Positions 18,878 to 27,265 of a stretch of DNA of 64,000 bases are shown in pieces. Below the pieces are notes generated by a model, which worked only from the letters and a program-made list of their open reading frames with translations, was not told where the DNA came from and ran no database searches. This DNA is from Armatimonadota bacterium (GTDB lineage Bacteria > Armatimonadota > Fimbriimonadia > Fimbriimonadales > Fimbriimonadaceae), in the NCBI GenBank assembly GCA_031400935.1, contig JANNQV010000062.1:1-64000 (forward strand), written 5' to 3'. The position numbers were made by a program, and so were the translations under genes. Position 1 is the stretch's first letter. Each line of letters starts with the position of its first letter.

Positions 18878-20512
18878 TTACATCCGACGGAGCCTTATCG
18901 TGTCTATTTCATAGCCCTTAACGCTGGACGATGGGGAGGTAATAACAATTTGGATTCTTACTTCGCCAGTTGGAAACACAAATCCTGTTCCGTTAAAGGG
19001 GCCAAAATTGACGCTCTGCATATTTCCATCTATGGCAAAACTACCGATGTTTAGTATCCCGCCGCCAATGTTTCCAATCCAAATGGATGCCGTAGCTGTT
19101 CGGGAAGAGGGGGATCCGGTTCCAACCGTGCGTAATGCAGTCCAACCTCCTCCGTCAGTTGTCATATCGCAGTAAGTGTTATAGAAGCTGAACTGCATGA
19201 CCGACGGATTCGAGGAGCGAGTGTCGCGCTTCATTTTTGCCATGAAGAAGTCTTCATGCCAGGCAAATGTTTCGTTGACCCTTTGCACCATTCCGCCTCG
19301 AGTTGTAGGCAGGATAGTAACTACATCGGGAACTTCGTCGCCAGTGTTTGTCATCAACGATGGAAATCCAATTTCGGTGACGAGTGATTTTCCTGCTATT
19401 GCAGTTCTTACATCGCAGACAGTAGCATTTGTCAAAATAATACTATTTGGCTCAAAGGTCGTATCTACATCCATGCCTTGCTCTTGGACGGCACCTATTG
19501 GATAGCCACGATGCTGATTGATGCTCCTTATAGAATTGAAAAGTTCTGGATGCTTGTTATTGAGCGAATTCCAAACAGTGCCTCCACCTCTGGCGCCAAA
19601 TGTTGTCCCGGCAACTGTGTCAATTGATGAGCTATCGAATCCAGGCGTAGGAGGGAAAACAACGAAATCGTCTACGTAATCCATGAATCCGCGCGTATAG
19701 CTTGAAGGAAAAGTTGCCCAACCGCTTGCGACTCCAAAAGCGGTTACTCCGCCTTCACTATAGTCTGTAACTTCGGATTCAAGCCCGTAGCTTAGGTCAG
19801 TTATGCTCCACGTATTGCCATTATCATTGCTTCGCCATTCGCATGCATGCCAGTCGCCGTTAGGAGTCTGCGAGCGTCCGAGGGCTATAATTTCGGCCCA
19901 GGCTTCTTTAAAGGCTATGCCGGAAACTTCGCTGTTCATGCCTCCAAGAGTCCCTAAACTCCGAACGATCATCGTGAATGGGTCAGTCCATCGCCAAAAC
20001 GTGGCTACAGAAGTTCCAGTGCCTGTTCCTGTCGTTCCTCCGATGAAGTAGATACCATCCTTGCTTCCAATCGAATGTGCGTTACCTTGTGCGCCGCCAA
20101 GAGTCGGAAGTTGATTGACTGTAACAGTGTCGCCTGGCCCATCTACCCAAAGTACAGGTTTCCAAGCCCCTCCGGGATTCTGCGCGGAACCGACAAATCC
20201 TGCCCAATGTCCAACTTCGTGCGTTCCAGTATCGCCAAGCGAGTTAGGACCGCCAAGTCCAGGAAGAGCGGCTGCATCGAAGTTCGGTCCTTCCCAGATG
20301 GTTGCCTGCGTCGTGTTGGCAGTAGGCTTTACAAATCCCGTAACGACATAAACATCGTTGAACCGATAAACATAAGTCGCCACGCCACCAGTCGTAGGCG
20401 CTTGAAGCAGCTGCGAGCTGTAAATATCCATCGCAGTGCCGGAAGTGAACAGTAGTAGGGTCGTGACAAACGCCACAGCTATCAGGACGAAATTGCTTAG
20501 TCTGTTTTTCAT
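18878..20512 (-). CDS. Secreted HAF-repeat-like protein carrying many short foreign motifs
   Basis: Signal peptide; AGGAG RBS; LPGLGG, LPTLGG and LGTLGG repeats; embedded THEVGHW, FMDYVDD, YCDMTTDGGGWT and others (see findings). Confidence 0.85.
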   Translation of the reverse strand: MKNRLSNFVLIAVAFVTTLLLFTSGTAMDIYSSQLLQAPTTGGVATYVYRFNDVYVVTGFVKPTANTTQATIWEGPNFDAAALPGLGGPNSLGDTGTHEVGHWAGFVGSAQNPGGAWKPVLWVDGPGDTVTVNQLPTLGGAQGNAHSIGSKDGIYFIGGTTGTGTGTSVATFWRWTDPFTMIVRSLGTLGGMNSEVSGIAFKEAWAEIIALGRSQTPNGDWHACEWRSNDNGNTWSITDLSYGLESEVTDYSEGGVTAFGVASGWATFPSSYTRGFMDYVDDFVVFPPTPGFDSSSIDTVAGTTFGARGGGTVWNSLNNKHPELFNSIRSINQHRGYPIGAVQEQGMDVDTTFEPNSIILTNATVCDVRTAIAGKSLVTEIGFPSLMTNTGDEVPDVVTILPTTRGGMVQRVNETFAWHEDFFMAKMKRDTRSSNPSVMQFSFYNTYCDMTTDGGGWTALRTVGTGSPSSRTATASIWIGNIGGGILNIGSFAIDGNMQSVNFGPFNGTGFVFPTGEVRIQIVITSPSSSVKGYEIDTIRLRRM

Positions 20513-20812
20513 TTTAGTGTTCTCCTTTTGGACTTCGAGCAGTCAACCAGTGCAAGCTCTGAACAATTAGATTATCAAACAAGAACCGTCACAAGATCGT
20601 CACAGAAACCGATGGAGTCAGATTTCGAGAGAATATTTTGAAATCTACGTTCGGTCGCGAGCCTAGCGAAGTTGCCAGTTAGTAATACAGGGGAACACCT
20701 TAATTGAACCTATAAAGCAAGATGCCGGGAAAACATTCAAACAAACTTGCAAAAAGTTTGTACGAAACCACCAATTTCGCTGTACAGTAGTGTATCGGTC
20801 ATAGGAGGCACT

Positions 20813-21682
20813 ATGCGAAAACATGCATTTACACTTATTGAACTTTTGGTCGTTATTGCAATCATTGCAATTCTTGCGGCAATTTTATTCCCTGTTTTTG
20901 CTCAGGCAAAGGTCGCCGCAAAAGGAGCGGCGAGCGCATCTAACATTCGCCAGCACATTATGTCGTGGATTATTTATGCTGGCGACTATGACGATATGGC
21001 CGTTCCGTATGCAACTCCCGATCCTGGGCCCTTGCTATTCAACGGTCTAAACTATTCTCCTTGGGGACAATTGCTTAAAACCTATACGAAGAGTTCAGAA
21101 TTAACACAAGATCCGTTGGTTCAGTCCAATGCGATCGAAAACGGAATTCCAACTCACTTGCTTTGGCCATATCGTCCTCAGTATGGATACGCATTCACGA
21201 TTTGGAGTCCTTTGACGGCAATCTCAATGGACGGGAATCCGCAGCCTCAATCGTTAACCTCTGCGGGCTATCCAGCGGAAACAGTCACTTTCACGGGAAG
21301 AAAAAATCGCCAAACTTTAGATTGGGTGTTCACGGGAACGATAATGTGGATGGCGCAAGCTGTTGCTCCCCCATATTGCGGCGGAGGTGCTTCACCTTTG
21401 GCTCAAACGAACGTAAACCCGCAAAGCTACTGTGCGATTTTGCATCGGTGGGGAACAGATGGCCAAGCTGGCTTGCCAAATCAGCCTACTGATCAAGAAG
21501 GCAGACGGACAGGCGGTGTCGCGCTTCGCAAAACTTTGATGGCTTCGGTTGCATTTGCAGATGGACATGTGAAATTCTTGACGCCTGGAAAAATGGCTCA
21601 AGGCACGAACTGGAATTGGAACAGCACGGCAACTCAGATTCAGATGACAAATGTTGAGAGGTACATGTGGGATCTCGATTAA
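20813..21682 (+). CDS. Prepilin-type N-terminal cleavage/methylation protein (H-X9-DG-like)
   Basis: AGGAGG RBS; MRKHAFTLIELLVVIAIIAILAAILFPVF; RKTLMASVAFADGHVK. Confidence 0.92.
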   Translation: MRKHAFTLIELLVVIAIIAILAAILFPVFAQAKVAAKGAASASNIRQHIMSWIIYAGDYDDMAVPYATPDPGPLLFNGLNYSPWGQLLKTYTKSSELTQDPLVQSNAIENGIPTHLLWPYRPQYGYAFTIWSPLTAISMDGNPQPQSLTSAGYPAETVTFTGRKNRQTLDWVFTGTIMWMAQAVAPPYCGGGASPLAQTNVNPQSYCAILHRWGTDGQAGLPNQPTDQEGRRTGGVALRKTLMASVAFADGHVKFLTPGKMAQGTNWNWNSTATQIQMTNVERYMWDLD

Positions 21683-21858
21683 CTTTACTCGGGGTGCTTA
21701 TGGTTAGTTGTTGGTTGCCAGCTGGGTGCGGGTGCGGTGCAAAGCCCGCTGAGCCAGCCGCGCCGGTGTTCAAGGCAGGAGATACCACTCCAACTGGTGA
21801 AAAGCCAACAACGAAAGAACCAAAGTTAGAAATCAATCCCAATTATCAAGGGCGGTGA
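21667..21858 (+). CDS. Small lipoprotein
   Basis: Hydrophobic leader ending LPAG-C; overlaps the prepilin stop; followed by a terminator. Confidence 0.7.
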   Translation: MGSRLTLLGVLMVSCWLPAGCGCGAKPAEPAAPVFKAGDTTPTGEKPTTKEPKLEINPNYQGR

Positions 21859-21883
21859 ATCTAAATAGGAGTCACTCGGCGAG

Positions 21884-21919
21884 AATAGCCTTCGTACATT
21901 TGTGCGAAGGCTATTTTTT
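21884..21919 (+). terminator. Intrinsic terminator
   Basis: AATAGCCTTCGTAC...GTGCGAAGGCTATT followed by TTTT. Confidence 0.8.
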
Positions 21920-22070
21920 GCAATGTCGAAGACAATCGCTAGATTCTGACCAATTCAAAAAAATGCCCTGGCGGTTGCCAGGGCGAATTGAATGATAGGT
22001 TCAATTTATGGGGATGTCTGATTCAATGAACAAGTACATTTGTTGCAGGTACCGTGCCAAAATGTAACTC

Positions 22071-22664
22071 GTGAACGGATTTTCGACTCATTCTGGCAAA
22101 ATCGCTGTCTACAACGTTGATAACGTGGATACTGACCGTATTATTCCCGCAAGATTCTTGACCATGGTCACCAAGAGCGGATACGGAGAGTTGCTTTTCA
22201 AGGATGTTCGAGGACCAGAATTTCCACTTGACCAAGAAACCGCATCAGGTGCTTCTATTTTGGTAGTTGGATCAAATTTTGGGTGTGGAAGCTCCCGGGA
22301 GCACGCCGTTTGGGCTATTCAGCAAGCCGGTTTTCTCTGCGTGATAGGCAAGAAAACAGAGAACTTGCCAAGCTACAGCGACATTTTTCGACAAAATGCG
22401 GCGAACTGCGGCCTACTGCTTATTGAGCTTCCAGAACCAGAACAACAGGCGTTAGCGAGTCGAGGATCGGGTGCCACAGTCACGATTGATCTCGCACTTC
22501 AAAATGTACAATTGGATTCAGAGAGGTTTGATTTTGAAATTAGTCAGTCGTCTAAAGAAGCCATTATCAAAGGACTTGACCTCATAGGAAGTACATTAAG
22601 TTTAGAATCCGAGATCGAAAAATTTGAATCTAAATCAACCACATTCGTTCCAAGTGCGAACTAG
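22071..22664 (+). CDS. leuD: 3-isopropylmalate dehydratase small subunit
   Basis: NVDTDRIIPARFL, NFGCGSSREHAVWA and IFRQNAANCGLL motifs. Confidence 0.95.
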   Translation: MNGFSTHSGKIAVYNVDNVDTDRIIPARFLTMVTKSGYGELLFKDVRGPEFPLDQETASGASILVVGSNFGCGSSREHAVWAIQQAGFLCVIGKKTENLPSYSDIFRQNAANCGLLLIELPEPEQQALASRGSGATVTIDLALQNVQLDSERFDFEISQSSKEAIIKGLDLIGSTLSLESEIEKFESKSTTFVPSAN

Positions 22665-22680
22665 AATCGTCAATAGAGTT

Positions 22681-23151
22681 ATGCGAATTCTAGCTCTTTC
22701 GGGAATGGTGATCTTGGCGGCAACCCTGATAGCTCAAGATAATCCCAATCGGCTGTATCAACTTCGGGAATTCAAGACGACGACCATAACGTATGGAGCC
22801 AAATCCCTAAAAGTTTGGCTCGCAGATACTTCAAGCAAGCGCCAAGAAGGCATGATGTTTTTGAAATCTGGCGAGGTTTCCGCAAATGGAGCCATGCTAT
22901 TCGTGTTTCCCGTTCAGGCCAAACGTTCGTTTTGGATGAAAAATACGCTCATCCCACTCGACATTGCGTATCTTGACTCAACCGGATTAGTAGTAACTGC
23001 AAAGTCAATGAAGCCCCTCGACGAGACTGGCGTTCCTAGCACCAAGCCATCGAAATTTGTGCTCGAAATGAAAAAGGGAGCATTTTCTAGGCTAGGAATT
23101 CGAGTCGGGACAAAATTCAAAATTCCTAGTATCGTTAGATCACTTGATTGA
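22681..23151 (+). CDS. DUF192 family protein (exported)
   Basis: RQEGMMF, MLFVF, FWMKNTLIPLDIAY and VLEM motifs. Confidence 0.9.
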   Translation: MRILALSGMVILAATLIAQDNPNRLYQLREFKTTTITYGAKSLKVWLADTSSKRQEGMMFLKSGEVSANGAMLFVFPVQAKRSFWMKNTLIPLDIAYLDSTGLVVTAKSMKPLDETGVPSTKPSKFVLEMKKGAFSRLGIRVGTKFKIPSIVRSLD

Positions 23152-23303
23152 GAACGGAATGGATGTCTCACCTCGTCAAGTAGATAGCGGCTAGTAAATT
23201 TCTCAGTTCTTCACTTGCAACCTGGTAATTGCAGACTATTTGTTGCTTTATGTTGATACAATTGAGAAACCTTTGGGAATTAGCGTTGTCTGGGAATAAA
23301 GTG

Positions 23304-24449
23304 ATGAAAAATAGAAAATTGATTCGAATTGGAGTTTTGGGTGCTTGTTTGGGTGTGGCGGTCGTCGGAAATGCGCAGGTTGCGATAAGCAACGGACCAT
23401 TTCAGACGCATGCCAATGGCGGTTCTGGCAACGCGCCTAGGTCCGAGCTTCAGTCAAATGTACTGTTGCTAAACGCCTTCGGTTTTGGATGCCAAAAGGT
23501 TAGCGGCATCAGACTTGCCGATGATTTTATAGTGCCGACTGGAGCAAAACTCCGGATGCAAGGGATTACTTCTTACGCTTACCAAACAGGTGCGAGCTCT
23601 GTTACGGTAGTAGATTACAATTACCGAATTTGGAATGGGGCTCCAAATGCTGGGGGAACCGTCATTGCAGGCGATCCAATTACAAATAGATTTCTCAGCG
23701 GTGCGTTCACAGGGGTCTACCGGACAGACGATTTGGCTGGTGGAGCGACAGGCATTACGAGAATGATAATGGCGATTCGAGCGAATCTGCAACCGTCTCA
23801 AATTTTGAATCCAGGAACGTATTGGGCAGATTGGCAAATGGCAGGAACGAATCCTTCCGGGCCGTGGAACGTACCCGTCACCATTCTCGGACTTACTGGA
23901 AAAGTAGGCGCTAACGCCTTGCAACTGCTTGGCACAACTTGGGAAGCAGCTGTGGATGAGCCATCAATGATTCCTCAGGACATGGCCTACGAAGTAATCG
24001 GTTCTTGGATTATGAATCCGTTAACCGTTACACCTGTTCAGGGTTTGCAATTCGGCGGCAATTTGGCAAGCTTAAGCGCAAGCGACAATGACCCTTACAT
24101 TATGTTGATGGACGAATTTGACAGCATTTCAAATGTCGAATTTGGGACGACATGTCCGTCGGCCACCGCATCTCGAATTGACTATGCAATTGAAATGAAG
24201 GCGAGCCGAAACGATTTGACTCAGATTGTTGGCTTTTTCAACGGTTCAGCATGGGAAACAGTTGACGTTTCGACATCAACTATTACTGATGCCCTCCGTA
24301 ACGTTGCTATCATCACGAATCCCCAGAGATTCATGCTAGCTGGCAACGCCCTTCGGTCAAGAATCCTTACGATTCCCCAAGCCGATGTTTCCAATATTGA
24401 CGGTTGGACGGCTAGCACGGATTGGGTGCAATGGGAAGTAACTCCGTAA
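23304..24449 (+). CDS. Secreted beta-rich hypothetical protein
   Basis: Signal peptide ending GNA-Q; RLADDF, AYQTG and LNPGTYWADW segments typical of extracellular proteins. Confidence 0.8.
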   Translation: MKNRKLIRIGVLGACLGVAVVGNAQVAISNGPFQTHANGGSGNAPRSELQSNVLLLNAFGFGCQKVSGIRLADDFIVPTGAKLRMQGITSYAYQTGASSVTVVDYNYRIWNGAPNAGGTVIAGDPITNRFLSGAFTGVYRTDDLAGGATGITRMIMAIRANLQPSQILNPGTYWADWQMAGTNPSGPWNVPVTILGLTGKVGANALQLLGTTWEAAVDEPSMIPQDMAYEVIGSWIMNPLTVTPVQGLQFGGNLASLSASDNDPYIMLMDEFDSISNVEFGTTCPSATASRIDYAIEMKASRNDLTQIVGFFNGSAWETVDVSTSTITDALRNVAIITNPQRFMLAGNALRSRILTIPQADVSNIDGWTASTDWVQWEVTP

Positions 24450-24526
24450 TCGAAATCTGAAGTCGGCAGGTGCCGGTGTTGCATATGGGAGAAGTTCGGA
24501 TGGCTTTATTGCCATCCAAACCTCTT

Positions 24527-25765
24527 TCAACGGAGCATATCTGCCAACCGATTCAGTCCGGCAGTCAGATTCTGCTCCGGCGGCCCAAACGAGAACCGAA
24601 CCCATGGAGTAAGCAACGATTCTCCTGTTCGAGATCGGTGGGGATTGACATCGAAGTACTCACCCGGAACCGTGAGCACTTGCACTTTGAATGCCTCTCG
24701 CATGAAATTTTCGCCTGTGTTAAAGGGCGTAGGCAAGTTGCCAACATGACCGAAGGCATAAAATGTCCCCATGGGTTTATGAGGAAACTCGATCCCAATG
24801 GCGGATAGTTTTGAGATCGTAAGATCGCGTTTTTTCCGAAACACGTTTCGAACAGCTTGCGTTTCTTGGTCGGCTTGATTCGGTTCCAAGGCGAGGATCG
24901 CGGCCCGCTGAATGGGTCGGCACGGCCCACCATCGAGAAAACTGCCAGCCGCCGCTAAAGTGTTAATAATGTGCTCAGAAGCAACAACCCACCCAAGCCG
25001 CCATCCTGGATAGCGAAACGATTTTGTGAGGCCGTCGACAATCACAATCGGGTCGGTTTCGATGTCGTCCACAAACTCAGCAATGCTCGCAGGCGAATTT
25101 GAATCATCGTAAGTGAAGTGCGAATAGAATTCATCCATCAGTAAGGTAGTTCCGGTTTTGCGGCTAAGTTCCGCCCATCCTGTGAGAGTTTCGCCGCGTA
25201 AAACGGCACCAGTAGGATTGCAAGGGTTGCTGATCAGAACGGATGACAAGCTTTCTTTCTGAACTCGGTGAGCAAGCTCATCAGCATCCATCATGAAGCC
25301 CTTTTCTGCCGAAAGTTCTAGCCAAACGGGATCAATTCTTGGAAAAGTTGTTAGGAGGTCTTCGTAAGCCGTATAGTCGGGTGTGAAATAGCCGAGTCTT
25401 GTTCGGTCGAGGGTTGCCCCAATCCTTGTAAGTGCCGCCCTGCCTCCAGGTGCCACGGCTATATTTTTTGAGGAGAACGGTTTCTTGCCCTTGCGATATA
25501 GCCGATTGTAATGATCTGCGATGGCTCCCCGAAGTTCTGGAATACCTTCGATTGGACCATAGGCATGATCTTCGGGACGAATTGGCATTTCTGAAATTCG
25601 CGGCGGCGCACCTTCCATATCTCCAACTTCCGGCTGTCCTTGGCCGAGGTTCGACCAATTGGGGTCTCCCATTTGATAGCCGTGATTTGTAATGGCCTCA
25701 ACGTTGACACGAATGACTCCCATGTAGGGAAGTTGGCGAAAAGCAGGCGAAATGGTTTCGGGCAT
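24527..25765 (-). CDS. PLP-dependent aminotransferase class I/II
   Basis: NPCNPTG, DEFYS and GLTKSFRYPGWRLGW (PLP lysine) motifs. Confidence 0.93.
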   Translation of the reverse strand: MPETISPAFRQLPYMGVIRVNVEAITNHGYQMGDPNWSNLGQGQPEVGDMEGAPPRISEMPIRPEDHAYGPIEGIPELRGAIADHYNRLYRKGKKPFSSKNIAVAPGGRAALTRIGATLDRTRLGYFTPDYTAYEDLLTTFPRIDPVWLELSAEKGFMMDADELAHRVQKESLSSVLISNPCNPTGAVLRGETLTGWAELSRKTGTTLLMDEFYSHFTYDDSNSPASIAEFVDDIETDPIVIVDGLTKSFRYPGWRLGWVVASEHIINTLAAAGSFLDGGPCRPIQRAAILALEPNQADQETQAVRNVFRKKRDLTISKLSAIGIEFPHKPMGTFYAFGHVGNLPTPFNTGENFMREAFKVQVLTVPGEYFDVNPHRSRTGESLLTPWVRFSFGPPEQNLTAGLNRLADMLR

Positions 25766-25883
25766 AGGAAAGATTGTGGCACGATGAACTCTGTGAAGTT
25801 GAGTCTGAATTCTGCAGTAGACCCAAAAATAGTTGCGGAACCGATCTCATGACAAAACGTAATATCTTCTGGAAGCTCGCCAA

Positions 25884-27086
25884 ATGGTCTTAACACTTTC
25901 AATAGCCAATTTTGTAGCGCTTTGCCTGCATCAGGACAGGTCAAACGAAATCGCGCAATGCGTGACTTGGCGCAACGCATTACGAACTGTACCAAGCAGA
26001 GATTTGTGGCCGAACTCAAGTAATCAGGCAAAAGTTATCGAAGATGGAGCCAGTTTCCGAATTGAATTTGAAGACATGTATTTTCAGTTTTCAATCGGAC
26101 TAAGGGCGTTGGAATACGTAAGTGTCGAAGTTCCCAATGAGCATGGGATGAGACAGCCAAATATCATCATTTCTGAATCAGATGCTCACGCTTTAGCGGC
26201 CCATTGTGTGCAAATATTCCTTGGTCCAAGATACTCAAGCGTCGAGACTGGAAATCCGTTTACGATTGACTACTTGGAAGGGCTTTTTGAGGTATTTCCT
26301 ACCTACGCCAACCTAAAGTGCAGACCCAATGAATTTAGTTCAATCGTCAATTTGGACGTTACGAATGGAAAATTGATAAATTTCGCTTCACCATTCCGAC
26401 CGCCGCCACTTCCACCTACAAGTCTGAATCCCACTATTTCCTCAGAAGTGGCGGCAATGATTTCGGCGGGGTTCATTTTCCAGTCCAATATCACGGGCTC
26501 ACTTAGCGAATTCTCGTCGCCGGAACTGTGTATTCTTCAAACAAGTTGCTTTTTGAACGAACGCCTACCGAATTTGAACTTCTTTAACGAATCGTATCGC
26601 CAGAACAATCATTCGCAAAGAGGAATGCTTGCCTTTAGGGTTCTGCAAATGCCAATTGGTGCTGATGGTCCAATTGAATCGTATGTGGATGCCCTAAACG
26701 GTCAAATTGTCCACGTTGAAAGAAGTGACATTGGGTATGGCGGCGGCAAAAATCCTGGACGTCCGGCAAAGTTCTCACCATTTATCTGGAATATCGGTCC
26801 TGAAGAAATGACTGTAAACTACGGAACGGCAAATCGAAAAATCGCCAAAGCTTCCGTCGAACTATCGCCAAAGTCGTTTCAAGCGGTAGGCAAGCCTATT
26901 CACTTGTCATTTGGAAAAGTGATTATGCCGGCTCAATTTGACCCCAAAACTGGATTGTTAAAGCATAGCGTTGGGAAATCAGCACGATTTGGAAAGCCGA
27001 ATCCTGCGATGGCAAAAGCTCTTAACGAGCTAACTTCAAAGCCATACGTGCCGCTCAAATTTCCAAAGATGCCGAAAAAACCGTAA
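25884..27086 (+). CDS. Hypothetical exported protein with PepSY-like segments
   Basis: Long ORF with hydrophobic N-terminus; LDVTNGKLI and YVDALNGQIV motifs. Confidence 0.7.
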   Translation: MVLTLSIANFVALCLHQDRSNEIAQCVTWRNALRTVPSRDLWPNSSNQAKVIEDGASFRIEFEDMYFQFSIGLRALEYVSVEVPNEHGMRQPNIIISESDAHALAAHCVQIFLGPRYSSVETGNPFTIDYLEGLFEVFPTYANLKCRPNEFSSIVNLDVTNGKLINFASPFRPPPLPPTSLNPTISSEVAAMISAGFIFQSNITGSLSEFSSPELCILQTSCFLNERLPNLNFFNESYRQNNHSQRGMLAFRVLQMPIGADGPIESYVDALNGQIVHVERSDIGYGGGKNPGRPAKFSPFIWNIGPEEMTVNYGTANRKIAKASVELSPKSFQAVGKPIHLSFGKVIMPAQFDPKTGLLKHSVGKSARFGKPNPAMAKALNELTSKPYVPLKFPKMPKKP

Positions 27087-27265
27087 TTCAGAGTGCGGAA
27101 TTCATAGCGCTAGCTAGGTCTGTCTAAATTCTCCGTTTGCTGTTGCTGGCATCCCTCCAGGATGCTGTTGTTTGGCGATTTTCGAACGTGGGGTCTCTCA
27201 GGTTCGACCCCACGCTTTTCGGCTTTGATCCCTCCGGGATTATTTTGCACAAGTCCCTAACTGCC

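Noticed and set aside
18878..20512. Mosaic gene as a classical DGR target
   Set aside because: No reverse transcriptase and no template/variable repeat pair differing at adenines are visible in the window.
21957..21985. Minus-strand terminator-like hairpin (GCCCTGGC-GGTT-GCCAGGGC with A tract) suggesting a hidden gene
   Set aside because: No credible minus-strand ORF or RNA upstream; it may stop antisense transcription or be a remnant.
27187..27214. GGTTCGACCC resembles a tRNA T-arm
   Set aside because: It is part of a simple hairpin (CGTGGGGTC...GACCCCACG) between convergent genes; no cloverleaf, D-arm or acceptor stem can be built.
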